In this document: piece by piece, positions 39,672 to 53,038 of the stretch
How positions within the stretch are numbered: the stretch's first letter is position 1
Layout: each line of letters opens with the position of its first letter
Source of the DNA: Ruditapes philippinarum
Lineage: Eukaryota
Length of the DNA stretch: 64,000 nt
Reading direction: 5' to 3'
Assembly (NCBI RefSeq): GCF_026571515.1
Contig: NW_026855260.1
Span: 124,001 to 188,000, forward strand
The notes under the pieces: generated by a model
Seen by the model: only the letters and a program-made list of their open reading frames with translations
The model's database searches: none
What the model was told of the DNA's origin: nothing
Program-made: the position numbers and the translations under genes

Positions 39672-40549
39672 GAAAATATCATAGGTTTATTTTTAAGCGC
39701 TTTTAAGATTTCTTAATTCAAAACATATATTCCTCAAAGAAGTTATTTAACTTTTATTTACCGTTTGATGACAAGGCATCAGGCTTGCGAAGTCGCCCAA
39801 AGCCCATGAATGCCACTCATTATTTTATATTTATATTACGAAATATTTACACAGAATAATTTTAGCCACAATGAAATAAAACAAAGCTGTTAATGTCCCG
39901 TTAAATGAAAAAAGAAAAGCTACGCTGGAGATAATTGAAAAAGCGTGTAGCTTCCATTCGTTATGTATTTGATTGAAATTATATTGCGTATATATTATTA
40001 CTTTTTTTTAAAAATAAAATATTGTTAAACGTAATAAGAAATTTCTCTACCATTTAAATGTTGGTTATTGCTATAAGAGAACCGTTTATCTTTTCTTGTT
40101 TTGGTGTACTTTATTTCAAATCACATCTGATATTATTGAGTATTAAGGCATCTGTTAATTATAAGTCGATAAAAATGGGTTTTATCCATATGATTCTTGA
40201 TTTGAATGAAACAAAACAAGCATGTAACTATGTACGATTAAGTTTGCCCAAATTCATTTATAAAAAAATAGAAATTTAAACAGAAACAATTCACTTATTA
40301 ATTGTAAATGTAATTCACAACTCACTGTTAACTTTTCTTTATTAAACTTGAAATTCTCACTTGCAAGAACATTAATCATTTAAATATAATAATAAAGAAA
40401 TACAGGACAAGGAAACTAAACTAAAGAAAATTCGTGCGAAATATGACAGATGAAAATACCAAAGGTTTATATTTTAGCGCTTTGAAGATTTCTTAATTCA
40501 GAAAATATATTCCTCGGAGATATCTTTTAACTTTTATTAACCGTTTGAC
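39672..40549 (+). repeat. Pair of ~100-bp direct repeats (39672-39771 and 40452-40549) between the two genes
   Basis: GAAAATA.CA.AGGTTTAT.TTT.AGCGCTTT.AAGATTTCTTAATTCA..ATATATTCCTC..TTTAACTTTTATT.ACCGTTTGA is shared. Confidence 0.85.
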
Positions 40550-41484
40550 GAATTTATCCATCAACATTATTAAGGTAATGATAAAAAAAAATATTCGTTC
40601 ACACAAACAAACTCATACGTAAAATTGTATTGATTCACATCGTTTGATCTTTATTTATTGATAAACACTCTCTCTGAGAATTTACCGTTTAATATGTGCA
40701 GGGTAAAATTAGAACAAACAAAAACGCACCTCTTCAACTTAATAAGCAGTAAAATAGTTCAATATATAAATGAATGATATGTAAAGCCATTTTAGAGAGC
40801 ATTAATTTTGAACATGTATCTAGAATTATTGACACGTTGATTCATCATTGTCCAAAGATGTTATATCTTAATTGCTTCTTTGCGTTTTTTTATCTTCTTA
40901 AAACGATAAAAACTAAACAATTAACATGTTTTACATTGTGGTTATGCAAAAACATCATTTAAAATAATCGTTTATATCACATCTATATACAACCAAGACT
41001 GCATAAAAAGTTATAGGAGGATTTAAATAATTAACGCCGTACTACAATATTTCTACGAGCCTGTTGTTTGTTATCTTTTTTGAAAATATTGTACATTCTA
41101 TTGAAGTCATCGTGCTGTTACGATTCAGTCGATTCGTTTCCTTCTACCTCTTTTTCAAGTGATGCGTTATTTGAGTAGGCGGTAGGAGGTATGGCTTGAC
41201 CTGCTAGTCTCCTTACCCAATACGCCTTTACGTTTGTAGACCTTCTAATTAATCATTTCTTTAATTCATTGTTGGTCTCTATTATTTCCAATTATATTTT
41301 ATTATAGTAATCACTCCGTCCTTGCGGTTGTTTAGTGCCATGTCCTGTTTTTTCTTTTTATAGATTGCAGCTACCACTACCTTATGTCATTAAACTAACT
41401 CAATCAGACCGAATGCTTAAGGCTTTCTTTTTTGACTGTTTGAGTTCTTACCATCTGAAATTAATCAATCAATGGAATATATTA

Positions 41485-41520
41485 GAATGAATGAATGAAT
41501 GAATGAATGAATGAATGAAT
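41485..41520. repeat. (GAAT)9 microsatellite
   Basis: Perfect tetranucleotide run inside a low-complexity ATTA/AATC tract. Confidence 0.97.
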
Positions 41521-43980
41521 GATTAATTAACAAGCAAACAAACAAATTACCAAATAAATATATCAATTAATAAATCAAGTTATTAATTAATGTATTAATT
41601 AATGTATATATTAATCAATTAAAACTAAAAGCAGGAATTAGTTGATAGAAATAAAATAAAACATAAACAAGATTTGATAATGAATTTATGTTTGATTGAA
41701 AAATTGAGAAAAACACATAAGCAGAGGTTACACCGATTGTAAAAGATCGGTTTAGTTTATAGATTGTCACGTATAAAACCGTTTGAAATTTTTATAAATG
41801 CTTTAATGAAGTGAAAAAAATAGTTTAAAGACATTCGTCGATTACTACAGTCGTTAAAATTCATTATAGAAATAAAAACACTTTGATTGTATGAAAAAAA
41901 AATGCTTAAGGGTTTATGACCAAATAGAATATTTGTCCATTGGGGTAACATTAATAGCATTCAATGTTTCAATGTCTCTTACAAGAAAGTAAAAATACTT
42001 AAGTTTCATCTTTGATTTGATTATCAAAAGCAAATATTAAACGAATTTCTCTCGAGATTAAACTATTCAAAAAGTAACAATTAAAATTCAGATTTATCTT
42101 TAAAGAAATGATTAAAAAAGGATTTGTTTTCCATCAGAGAATTTTTTTTAAAGGTTATATATGATATTGTAATATTCTACACAAAGTGACTTTCTCATTT
42201 ACTTATATATTTCAAGGTAGAATAGCTCTCATGATTCGTTTAGTACAATTGTCAATATCATTTTAACTTTGCCCTTTGTTAAGTAAACATTTCGATTTTT
42301 CTTAATAATAATAGACCAATTTTCGTAAAGTATTTTGTAAAGCATCGTTGGTGTCATTTGCACGACTATGCATAGTTTTCAAAACATTGAAATCATCACC
42401 ATTTGTCTTGTCCACTTTATGTGAACATCAATGTAGTAAATCTGCAAAGTCCAAACAACAAAACACATCTGATATTATGTAAGGGTAAACGTTTAAATTA
42501 ATTTTAAGTCCTATCTTTCATTTTTCGTTGAAACATTTTTACAGTTGTTAAACCGTTCGAAAGTTTAGTTTTTAAGCCTGGTTTCTGGCGAGAACTCAAT
42601 AGTATGACTGGCACACGTTTTTTTGTATTTTTTAAGTTTTTAATCAAATTGATTATCCGTAAAATTATGTGTGTGTGTCAATATAATTATACATTGTGTA
42701 TTTATTTGCTATATTGCCGTTTAAATGAATTGTCATTTCCACAAATATAAATATGACTGAACATTATTTCGAATAAAGAAAGTAGATATGAAATCCGTAT
42801 ATGTTGTGCTGATAGTCAGCTCTCAGTCACTATTGTTGTGAATTCGCACACAACAATAAAGAGCAGAAATATAAATATCTATATCACATTTAATACACAA
42901 CATTATATTGGTGCATCTGTTTATTGCATATATCTGGAAATTGTATTTTGCTTAATTCACATGGCCGTGCAAAATAATATAATACTATATAGTTGAAATT
43001 TCACAGTAAAGGTGCCATTCGGACATTTAACTCATAAAACCACGGACATGTCACCACCGAAATGATAAGGCGCAATATGCTGATGACACTGATAATGTTT
43101 CCAATTATTTTAAAACGGTCAACTCGAGGTTTTGGAGCATGTAAGATGACTATTACATGAAAAGGTAGCTTCATGTTAATGTAAACAGTTAAGTATTTTG
43201 ACTTCCATACAAAATACTATATCAATAGAACTTACTAATTACTGAAGAGCCACACAAGCAAACTATGGTTCAGGGAAAAAACACTTGGAAAATAAAATTA
43301 AAACATTTCTGGGCCTTTCATTAAATTGCAATTCTTTCATCAATTATCCTTTGCTCTCATTGGCCTGTGATACACAAAGTTCGATGCAAGGTAAATAAGC
43401 AGCTAGTATATTTTTTAATGTTTACACCATTTGCATATTAAGAAAAGCTCACGGTTTAGAAAGTTTCAAGTTTATCAGAACGGTAAAGTAATATATTTGC
43501 CCCCCCCCCCCAACAAAGATTTCAGCTATTGAATCAAATTCAACCAACTATTTTCAGAAAAGAAATGATGAGCCTCAGGGATAACGTGTGTGAATATTTA
43601 TAAAACTTAAAAGCAGGAGCGACTCCAAACACTTTGTTAAACATTTCCCCGCCAATTTACAGGCAATTTTATAAACAATAGGCTTAGCTCAATGTAAAAT
43701 TTATGTAAGAACACAGAAAATGAGCATACAACTGTATGCATTATCAAAGACTTCAAACACATTTTATTTATTTATATAATTATTGTGATATCTAGAACCT
43801 GGTGATTGACATACTTTCAAATTACACATATGGGGATCTACATGCCACGGGCACTGTGTCAAAATGTTGTTCATCTGCAAAAATAAGTGAATGCCTAGAA
43901 TACTTTTGTTGTTTGATGTAAAGACATCAATTTGTAAAAAAAAAATATTTCAGAAAGTTGATGTCAATATTGAAATTTAA

Positions 43981-44280
43981 CCCTTTCGCTGCCAGAGGGT
44001 TATTGTTTTATTGATCATCTATTTGCCAGAAGGTTTTCTAATATATTATTTATTAATATAATTATTATTATTTGTTATATATATGTTTCCAAATCTGTGA
44101 GTATAATAATCATTATTGTCGATGGTATAATTTTCTGTATATTGGTTATTATTTTTATTATTATCATTATTAATTTATTATTATTACTATTTTTATTATA
44201 GAAACGGTTAAAGCCGTCCATAAGGCAAAAACGCCGAAAATAAAAGGGACAGCATAAGCCGTCCTTATTGCAGTGAAAGG
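43981..44280. mobile_element. piggyBac-type MITE (300 bp)
   Basis: TTAA|CCCTTTCGCTGC ... GCAGTGAAAGG|TTAA: TTAA TSD (43977-80, 44281-84) and CCC-initial short TIRs, with an AT-rich non-coding interior. Confidence 0.8.
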
Positions 44281-44565
44281 TTAATATTCCATACTATTTG
44301 ACAACTATATTTGATACAATTAATGATAGCGCAATATTTACCCGTTATACACGATAGAACCACCATGTTATTGAATAGCAATTAAAGGTAATACAAGCAG
44401 TTCTCTGTCGCAGCCACGATAAAAAAGAGATGTGTCGCTAACCAAATGCTTCTGAGAATTAACCACAATACAGTCAAAATCTGATACACTTTAAAGGCAT
44501 ATTTTCTAAGGCGTAAACGAAACCATGATTAAATTTAATTGAAAATGCAAAAAAAGGTTTATGTG

Positions 44566-44778
44566 TATATAAAGGAGTATCAGGACAGAAACGTCGCAGT
44601 AAAATCTTCACCTGTTCCAACAAAGCATCATATATTGGAAAAAAGAACAGCATTTGAAAAGGAGAAATGTTTCCAGTATAAGCAATATATATGAATTGAT
44701 GAATGAGCACATTGCTTCTGGCTTTCTGTAGGAACTATCATAATAATTTATCAATTAGCTGCGGACTTACAGGTAACA
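44566..44778 (+). promoter_or_regulatory. Candidate core promoter and non-coding exon 1 of neuropeptide gene 2
   Basis: TATATAAAG at 44566. Inr-like GCAGT with A at 44598 (30-32 nt downstream). Donor CAG|GTAACA with GT at 44773-74. The predicted intron 44773-47994 (3.2 kb) is similar in size to that of gene 1 (2.8 kb). The exon would contain short upstream ATGs, so this call is less certain. Confidence 0.4.
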
Positions 44779-44809
44779 TTTAAGTTATTTATTAAAGGGC
44801 AATATAAAA

Positions 44810-45175
44810 GTATCATAAATTAATTGGAGTTTTGATTAATTAATTATTTTACTTGGATATATATTTTCATGAACTGCACTTGATCAATTGTATTCTAAAC
44901 TGTCATTTTTAGTAGTTACTTTGATAATGCGCTATTTTTAAAAGGCGATGAAAAAGGGCATGCTAAATTAACTGGATTTTTGTTCGATTATTTATTTAAG
45001 TTAAATTGTTATTATGTACTGTAAAAAGTTATTATGAACTGTACTTGTTTAATTGTATTCTGAATTGTCACTTTATGTTTTTCTTTGATACCGCGCTATT
45101 TTTAACGCGCAAAACGTATCATACATTAATTGGAGTTTTAATTTAACTATTTTACTTGAATATTTTTTAAATGAC
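44810..45175 (+). repeat. Local diverged direct duplication
   Basis: ATGAACTG.ACTTG...AATTGTATTCT.AA.TGTCA...CTTTGATA..GCGCTATTTTTAA occurs at ~44869 and ~45034. TATCATA.ATTAATTGGAGTTTT.ATT occurs at ~44811 and ~45117. Confidence 0.75.
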
Positions 45176-48001
45176 AGTGTCTTAATTCATGTCGGATAAT
45201 TTTGTTAGGTCTAAACTTTAATTTCAAAACAATGAATGAACAAGTCGTTCATAAATAAGCAAATTTAAATCATTTTAAGTGTTTATTTTTTATTATGATA
45301 AATAAATAATTATAGTAACTGGTTTAAATGAAAATGAACGAAACAGTTGTTTAAAATTCGAGGTTAAAGAGCTTATCTTGAAAAATAATGACTAACATAA
45401 TCTTTGCAAGTCTTGATTATATAAACTGAATAAAAAATTATAAAAAAAAACTTTATTTGTTTTATAAAAATTCTTTAATTCATCATTTTTCAAATTATTT
45501 TATAAATTAAGAAAGGGATTTCTTACATATTTTAGTAGGAACATAAATATTACAAGTGTTTATCCTATGATTTGTATGAATTTAATGAATGTTTTGGTAA
45601 AAATGTGTACATTGTCAATATACGCCATTTAAGACAAAACAGATAACATAATCATTTATGTATCAAGTCCCAATTGAAGTAAAGAAAGAAACATCAGCAA
45701 AGATAAACAATTTAAAGCTTAATTATCTACGTTGTAAGAAGATAATGTTTGTTTAAGATTCAACGATTAAGTTTGATTAAGATTTTATTCCTATTTTGCA
45801 ACACTTTTAAATTATTAAAGGATTCGAAAATGGATCTTTATAAATATTTAAACCAATAAAAAAGCTGCTTCTGCATTTCCCATTTCCCCATAAAAGCGTT
45901 AAACACTATAACAGCTCCAATTTTATGCGTTTAACACTTATTTCACTTTTTGTAATTTATCTTAGAGTTTTTGTGAAATGAATTTGTGTTCAAATAGATT
46001 CTAAAGAGATTGTTTATTCATCGTGTAATGAATTGTTTTATACATAAAACATTCCCTTTGTTACGGGATTCATTTATCACTGTGTAAATCCGCTACATTC
46101 ATTTAATATATTTATTAACTGTTATTTTCATCTTGCGGAGGTTTAACTTTAAACAATACTGTTTAAGCTATTCAGAAACATTTTCATGATATTATACAAC
46201 ATTTTCTAACGGAATAAATCACGTACACTTGTAACCGATTTGTTTCTAAGTAGTGGAACTTGAAATGCGTATATCGGTGTTTTGAAATGTATTATAATTG
46301 CTGTTATTATACTAGTAATTTTATACACTCAAATCTTTAAAATAAGTTAATGTTAATAAAATACCTTAGACTGGACTTTAAACATTTAACTAAAGAAAGT
46401 ACTATACTAAAAAACTTAGAAAAAAAAGAAGAAAAAATAAATTGTGGATCGTCAAAATTTTTGTTTGGACAGACACTGTCAATGTCAACAAAACCATTTT
46501 TAAAATTATGCAGCAAATAATTTGAAAATTATTTTAAAGTTTTGTATATACATAAATGACACTAATACCGTAAGCGATTTCATTATTGAATTTAGATTAA
46601 AGGCAAACTGAGTCATATACACAAATATAATTATAATCTTGTTTTTTTTCATATTTTTATTTTAATGTTCTGTTACAGTTAGAAAATTTTCACAATGTCT
46701 TTGTGTTTTTAGGATTTATGCATGTTTGTTTTTTGGCAATAAGAACGGGTTTAATAATGATAATAGAATTATTCTTCTCGAAATATACATATGTACTTTG
46801 CTACCATGTTGCTACCCTTACCAATTAGTTCACATTTAGCGATTTTTTATTGAGGCGATAAGCACGTCACATGTTCTAGTCAAATATTAAATTGCTATTA
46901 AACACACGTTTGCCCTTTCCACAGAAAGGAAAACAAAAACATTTCTGGGGTAATATATTCAGCTTTTCTTTGTTTATTTAATTTTGCACATGTTTATTGC
47001 TTTTGAAAACAATTTACTTTATCCCCATTGTATATATTCCATAGATCTCAATAGACAGACATTTAGTGAATTGGAAACCGGCGGAACTATTACTTTCATC
47101 TTGCAAATGTTCTTTCTTTGTATTCAATATCTATAAACCTATTTGATTTATCATCATACGAAATGATATATTGTTTTAATTTATCATGTCTCAGGGTATT
47201 AAATTATACATGAAATCAGTATATCGAACATAAAGATTAAACTTTTCAAATTGATAGACACTATTATAATGAACACCATGCTAGACAGTCATCAGATTTT
47301 AAATCACTGGAGACGAAACCTAATATGAAGCCTTTTTAGAATACCTTTCTTGATAGGAAAAAAATGAAATCTACTCAAAATATTACGAAAACAAAATATA
47401 AATATTTGAAATCCTTTAAATAAGACATTGAGTCAACAGAAAACAATTTTATTGTAATATTGCCAGCAAATATGTCACACTAACAGCACGCTTTATTACC
47501 ACAAGAAGATACTTATTTTTTAGTGTAATACGTCTCTTCTGATAAACGAACCAATAATTCCCAAGGTCTTTAATACGTTAAATATTGATGTTCAAACCAC
47601 GATCTAATAAAATAGGGTGTTGTTGTAAGCGTAAGATGCATGATATGACACGACATTATAACGTGTTACAATTTAAAGCAAAATATTTTATGTAATAATT
47701 TATTTATAATGAATTTCCATTCATAACCACTTAGTCAACCTCAATTTCTTCAATATTTTTTAAAGGATAACCAATCGTTAAATAAAACTATTTTATTGTT
47801 TGTACCAAACATTGTAATGCCTAATGGGAATGCGTCCATGTGCTAAAAAAACAATCTAATATTATATCAATATATTTTATTATATTATTTATTCAAGGAT
47901 TATTATGTGTTGTCATTTTCTTTCCATCTCTGTGTTAAGTTTAATCGTGTATTTGCATCACTTTATCATGATAAGTGCCTTTTTTATCTTACAGGACTGA
48001 T

Positions 48002-48370
48002 ATGTCTCATACAGTGTTACTTGTGCTAAGTATCTTTTTGACGAGTTCGGTCGTCGCATTTCAAGAAATTGAGGAAAATGATGCCTTTCGACACGAACTT
48101 TTGGAATCTATTCTAGACAAACTGCAAGATAAACATGATAATGACGACACCTACCCAAGCCCATTTTCATTCGAAAATCTGAATTCGTTTTTTAGCAATG
48201 TTTATCCATTACGCGAAGGATTTGGTGATGATAAGAATAAAAGGTCTCATCTATACAGAATATATAATCCAATCAGAAACCGCGAGACAAGACCTGCCCA
48301 ATTCGGCAGCACAATGAATCGTCCTAAACAAGAGGAAAAGATATTTTCAAAGTTGCTCAGATATGGATAA
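48002..48370 (+). CDS. Neuropeptide precursor 2 (122 aa); predicted 40-aa peptide SHLYRIYNPIRNRETRPAQFGSTMNRPKQEEKIFSKLLRY-amide
   Basis: Acceptor TTTTTTATCTTACAG (AG at 47993-94) 7 nt before ATG 48002. The GTG start at 47975 in the ORF track lies in the intron. Signal peptide ending VVA, acidic spacer, KR, terminal RYG-stop. About 37% identical to precursor 1 by hand alignment. Confidence 0.93.
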   Translation: MSHTVLLVLSIFLTSSVVAFQEIEENDAFRHELLESILDKLQDKHDNDDTYPSPFSFENLNSFFSNVYPLREGFGDDKNKRSHLYRIYNPIRNRETRPAQFGSTMNRPKQEEKIFSKLLRYG

Positions 48371-48505
48371 AAATGAACTGGAACGCAAACAATGTGTAAA
48401 TGTAAAGAAATGAAATATATGTGATAGTACTTTATTTTTAATAAAAAAAATTGTAATATTGGCTACAGTTCCATCTTTCAATTACATGCTGTCAAATATC
48501 TTACC

Positions 48506-48511
48506 AATAAA
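48506..48511 (+). terminator. Polyadenylation signal of gene 2
   Basis: AATAAA 136 nt after the stop (132 nt in gene 1). Alternative AATAAA at 48440-45. Confidence 0.5.
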
Positions 48512-48838
48512 TACATGTTTTCACAACAAAAAATAATGCAGTGAATAGCATTATGTCTTTTCTTGGCAATTCTCTGAATTAATGTTTTATATAAATTTAT
48601 GGCAAATTAGAATGAAAAAAATGGCATTTATCTGATAAGTTGTCTATGTGAAAAATATGTCTGTTTTCTTATCGATATATGCTTATATGTTTTGTTCTAT
48701 AAAATGTATAAAAGAAATGGCAACAGTCGTAAACTTCTTTTTATATAATTCCCAAAAACAAAATGAAAGTGTGTTCAATTGACAAGGTACTCAAATGTTT
48801 CTTTCAGCGACACTATGCCCATCCAAATGTTAATGGTA

Positions 48839-49056
48839 GACCGCCTCCGTGGTCGAGGGGTTAGAGTCGATGACTTCTAATCCAGTTACCTCTCTGACGT
48901 GGGTTCGATCCCCGGGAGATGCTTTGGTAGTTTAGCGCGGAGGAAGGTAGTCTTGTACTGGTATAACTCTCCAGGAACGATGGTTAGGAAACTACCCGCC
49001 TATATGACTGAAATACTGTTGAAAAAAGGCGTAAAATGAAACAAACAAACAAACAA
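48839..49056 (+). mobile_element. Full-length tRNA-derived SINE (Meta-domain type)
   Basis: Pol III A box TGGTCGAGGGG (48850-60) and B box GGTTCGATCCC (48902-12). Central GTACTGGT..CCAGGAA..TGGTTAGG. 3' part ATGACTGAAATACTGTTGAAAAAAGGCGTAAAA with an (AAAC)n tail. Perfect 14-bp TSD AAATGTTAATGGTA (48825-38, 49057-70). Confidence 0.93.
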
Positions 49057-49659
49057 AAATGTTAATGGTAAGTTTACATGCAAGTACTAGTAAAAATAAG
49101 TACACTGCCTTTTATATTGCCTCTAAGTTATCATTTTACATTAGTGTCTCTGTCAACATTCTCCAAATATGCGGTATATACATTTGTGGTTATTTTAAGC
49201 ACCTCTAATATCTTATCTTAATCATGTGTCATTATCTATTATTTGGTCGACCACCATCATAGCCCAGGCCTCAAATTCATAACCCATCATGTGTCCCATC
49301 ATAACCCCAATATCCTTATAATTGTAATAACCGATTGTCACTAAACAACTACTAATCTAATCTGTTTTCATGAGTCATCGAACCTTTGCTTTTATTATTT
49401 TCATTTTGCCTCATGTTTTTCCCCAAGACCTCTGATATTGAGAAGAAAACAATATTCAAATCGAGAAAAGCGGTACTCATTTATTTACTTCAGTTTACAA
49501 TTTAATGTATAGTCTCTAAGAATTTATATGCAACAATGATTTTTGAGTTCTGTAATGCATATTTTATAAAGTTGAAAACATACATTAATAAAAGTGTTCA
49601 ATTCAACACCAAACCAACTATACTTACGTTGTTTAATTTAATTTTAACATGAACTGCAC

Positions 49660-51990
49660 GATTTTATAGCTTACAAACGCAATTATGTTTCCATTTGTAT
49701 TCTTCAAAACTGATTAAAGAGATTCAAAATAACCAAATGACAATGTCTTTATACATGAAAATGAAATTGATTATATATTTATTTCTTGACAATCCCTCGG
49801 TTTCATTTTATTTCTTATCGAATCAATTCTATAAACGGAAAGCTAGATATCGGTTGCATAAAGAAAAGTGATGTAAATAAATAGTCAATGACATTATTTT
49901 AAACAATACGTTTACTTATTAAAGTTTTTTCTATGAGAGGAATAAAATAACAAAAAGTGACAATGTAAATGATGCCGTTACCAGTTTCCCCTTTAATTAT
50001 TATGTGTATCACGAAATAGTTCCTAAGTGATCAGTATGTATTAGAATAAATTGAAATGTATGTAATTTAAGACCAGTCTATATTGGTTAATTTATTAATT
50101 AATTAAATATATAAATAAATAATAAATAAACAAACAAATAAATATATAAAATATTGCCGAAGTACAATAAGTCAGGTTACGGCACATCCCGTTTACACAT
50201 AAATATTTAAGGTCAGATGCATCACTTGATTCTCCATGAAGATACAAAATATTAAAATATTGAGGCAATGAAAATTCAACTCTTTTCTCTAAAAAGCATT
50301 CTCTTGGCGATTTAATGTTAATAATCACGTTCAAATTTCTATAAAAATAGTTTGCAATGGCAATATGTCCCTTTGCCTACACCAGGTGGTCAGCAAATTG
50401 AAGGGGTGTTTAACCTATTATTTGTAGGTACTACTAGCATTTTTACAAAACAAAGTACTGCTTATGCCAAACAATAACAACACTATGTTACCAAAGGGAA
50501 AACAAACAATAACTCAGCCTTCTGAGAAGTGAATACAAGTTTTCACTATTTTAGTTTTTATTTCTGAATTTTCATTTTCAATTAATTGCGTGATTGTTTA
50601 AAAATCACCCTATGTATACATCTGCGGATGTTCCTTAATTCATATACACGTCTAACAAAACTATATTATTATCCAAATTTAGGAAAGTCAAATAAAAATT
50701 TAAAACGATTTAACAGCAAAGTTTAATAGATATTCATTCCCTATTAAAAGGGGATTGGTCTATAACGAATGCATTTTTAAGAAATGTTTTAAGTATATAT
50801 TGATTAACGGTGAAAATGTATCGTTTAGATATATTACTACAATTATTTGTCTTGGCAAAAGTGGTAATATAGTTCTTTGTATCCGTGTTGTAATATTGTT
50901 CTGCTTCGAAATCATTGATTCCAGCTCTCTAAATGTTAACAAATGAGTACTGCCTGTCGGTGTTAGGCCATGAGGAATAATGCATTAATTTTAATCCCTC
51001 ATGAACAGACTCATTTATACCGAGTTCATAGTTGTCATGTAATTTTGATATAATTATTGCTTTCGAGAGTTCACCCTTTTTCCATGTGTTTTTACTTTTA
51101 TACTTGTACTTTGTTATTGTTGTTTATTTTATATCATTTTCCCTGTAATTGCCGGAATTTTATTTAAGTGATACAGATGTATTAGTAGTCACGTGTAATA
51201 TAGTCGTATTCTCATAATTATATTATTTAATATACTATGAAACAGAAAAGTGTTTCGTAAGCTAAAAGTGAATTTAACAATTTAGTTTATTGACCTTGCT
51301 TTTCTCAAATTGCACTTTAAAACGCTGCTTTTATTTAAAGAAGTCATTTAATACAAATAAAAAAGGCACAGAATTTATAAGAATGTATCAGAAATCATAT
51401 ATAGACCCAAAGGCGGAATGAAAGTTGTTTTGTATTTTAGAATTTTGTAAAGGAGTCGTTACAGCGAAAAGAAAAAGATCATAACCCAAGACATGAAAAT
51501 GTCCCCTTGTTATCACAAGACTCAGAGACAAGCGCCCGGTGCAATTAAACCAAAATTTTATGCTTACTTTTAAAAGACATTCTTTGATTATGCTTATGCT
51601 TTAATTCTATCTACTTTTTAGTCATTCACCTACTACTTGAAATAAACGAACATTTGTAACCATAAAATAATAGGATATATTGTATAGATTATTTAAACTA
51701 CTGGGAATTAAATACACTAAAAGATAAGTACAGAGATAGTGAACTAAGCGATTAAAGATGTGTTTGACGCAGTAATTGAAATGAAAATCACTAGGGAAAA
51801 AAATACAGTAGATCTCCTTTTGAAGACAATAGGCATCAAAAACATTTCAAGCAATGTAAATTGTTATCAATGATGTACAATTTTGTTTTAAGAACAGAAA
51901 GGGCAAGTATATATGCATTTCTGAATAATATAATATCAACATAATTTTGTAATGTCAAGTTTGATCTAAGATTTGTACAATTTCTTTAAA
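49660..51990 (+). repeat. Downstream segmental duplication, copy A
   Basis: 49660-50560 matches 54440-55380 (TCAAAACTGATTAA; TCTTGACAATCCCTCGGTT; CCTTCTGAGAAG). 51600-51990 matches 56410-56800 (TGAAATAAACGAACATTTGT; TTTCAAGCAATGTAAATTGTTATC). Offset about 4.8 kb. Confidence 0.9.
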
Positions 51991-53038
51991 ACAAACTTTT
52001 ATTTATTTCAGTGACAATGAACATGAAGGTCAGATGAACATTTGTTCTGCAAGAATCAACAATTCTAACACATTTCCAAAAGTCACTAAAACAACAATTA
52101 TAAAACAAACAAAAAACATCCATTCACTATTAATAACACATATAAATAAAGTAAAGGTAGTATCTTAAAACTCATTCTTACAACAACAGTCAACTTAAGT
52201 TTTACGAATTGCATTAACGATCATGTAGCGTAGCTTGACTAATTATATTGTCCATCGTAACATTGTTTAAAAAGAATTCATAGTATTGCCTTCCAGCAAA
52301 CAACTCAATTCTGTGTGGACATTTCTTGTTTTTGTTTTAAATATTACAATGATCTTCTATATATTATATAATTGACCACAATAAATGATTTATAATTTTC
52401 TTTAAAAGATTCATGTGGTCATAAAATATTACAATTTAGATAGCATGCAATTCGGCAGTCATCTTTATCCAAAGAAACTTCACATTAATAACTTCTGTGA
52501 TACAACAATTGATCAGGAATGAAACAGCAGCTAATCATTATTATGTTAATGTTCTGACAAGTTAAAATCAGTTAAACAATAGATGTTAAATTGTTACATA
52601 CAAACAATTCTTACAAGTTAGATAAATATGTTTTGCAACATATGCAAACTGATACTTATTAATATGAGTTTTCGTAAATATATATAAATTAACACATTAG
52701 CTAATTTTCTAATTTTAGTTTGAAATCTACCTAGTTCGAGTCAACGTCAACATAAAATTTATAATGTATCAGTGTTTTTCTTAAAATTTATAAAGCTATT
52801 TAGTTTCTGCTTATTTTGTGATTAAAATTATATGAGAATATATAGAATAAAAACATGTCAGTATATGTTATTGTAAACAATGAGACATGTATGATAATAT
52901 TATAAACGCCAAATCTATTAAAATAGCAGCAATATATTTGGTTCCAGAACATTTTATTCTGTTAACGTACGAAATTCATGGTTTTGAAACCCCTTATGCA
53001 ACATAAACTTACTTATGTTTAGCGGGCGTTTTATGATA

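Noticed and set aside
47975-48001. N-terminal extension MPFLSYRTD in the ORF track
   Set aside because: It starts at GTG inside the intron polypyrimidine tract. ATG 48002 aligns with the start of paralogue 1.
48839-48920. tRNA gene
   Set aside because: It is the tRNA-derived head of a SINE, with a TSD and tail and no complete cloverleaf.
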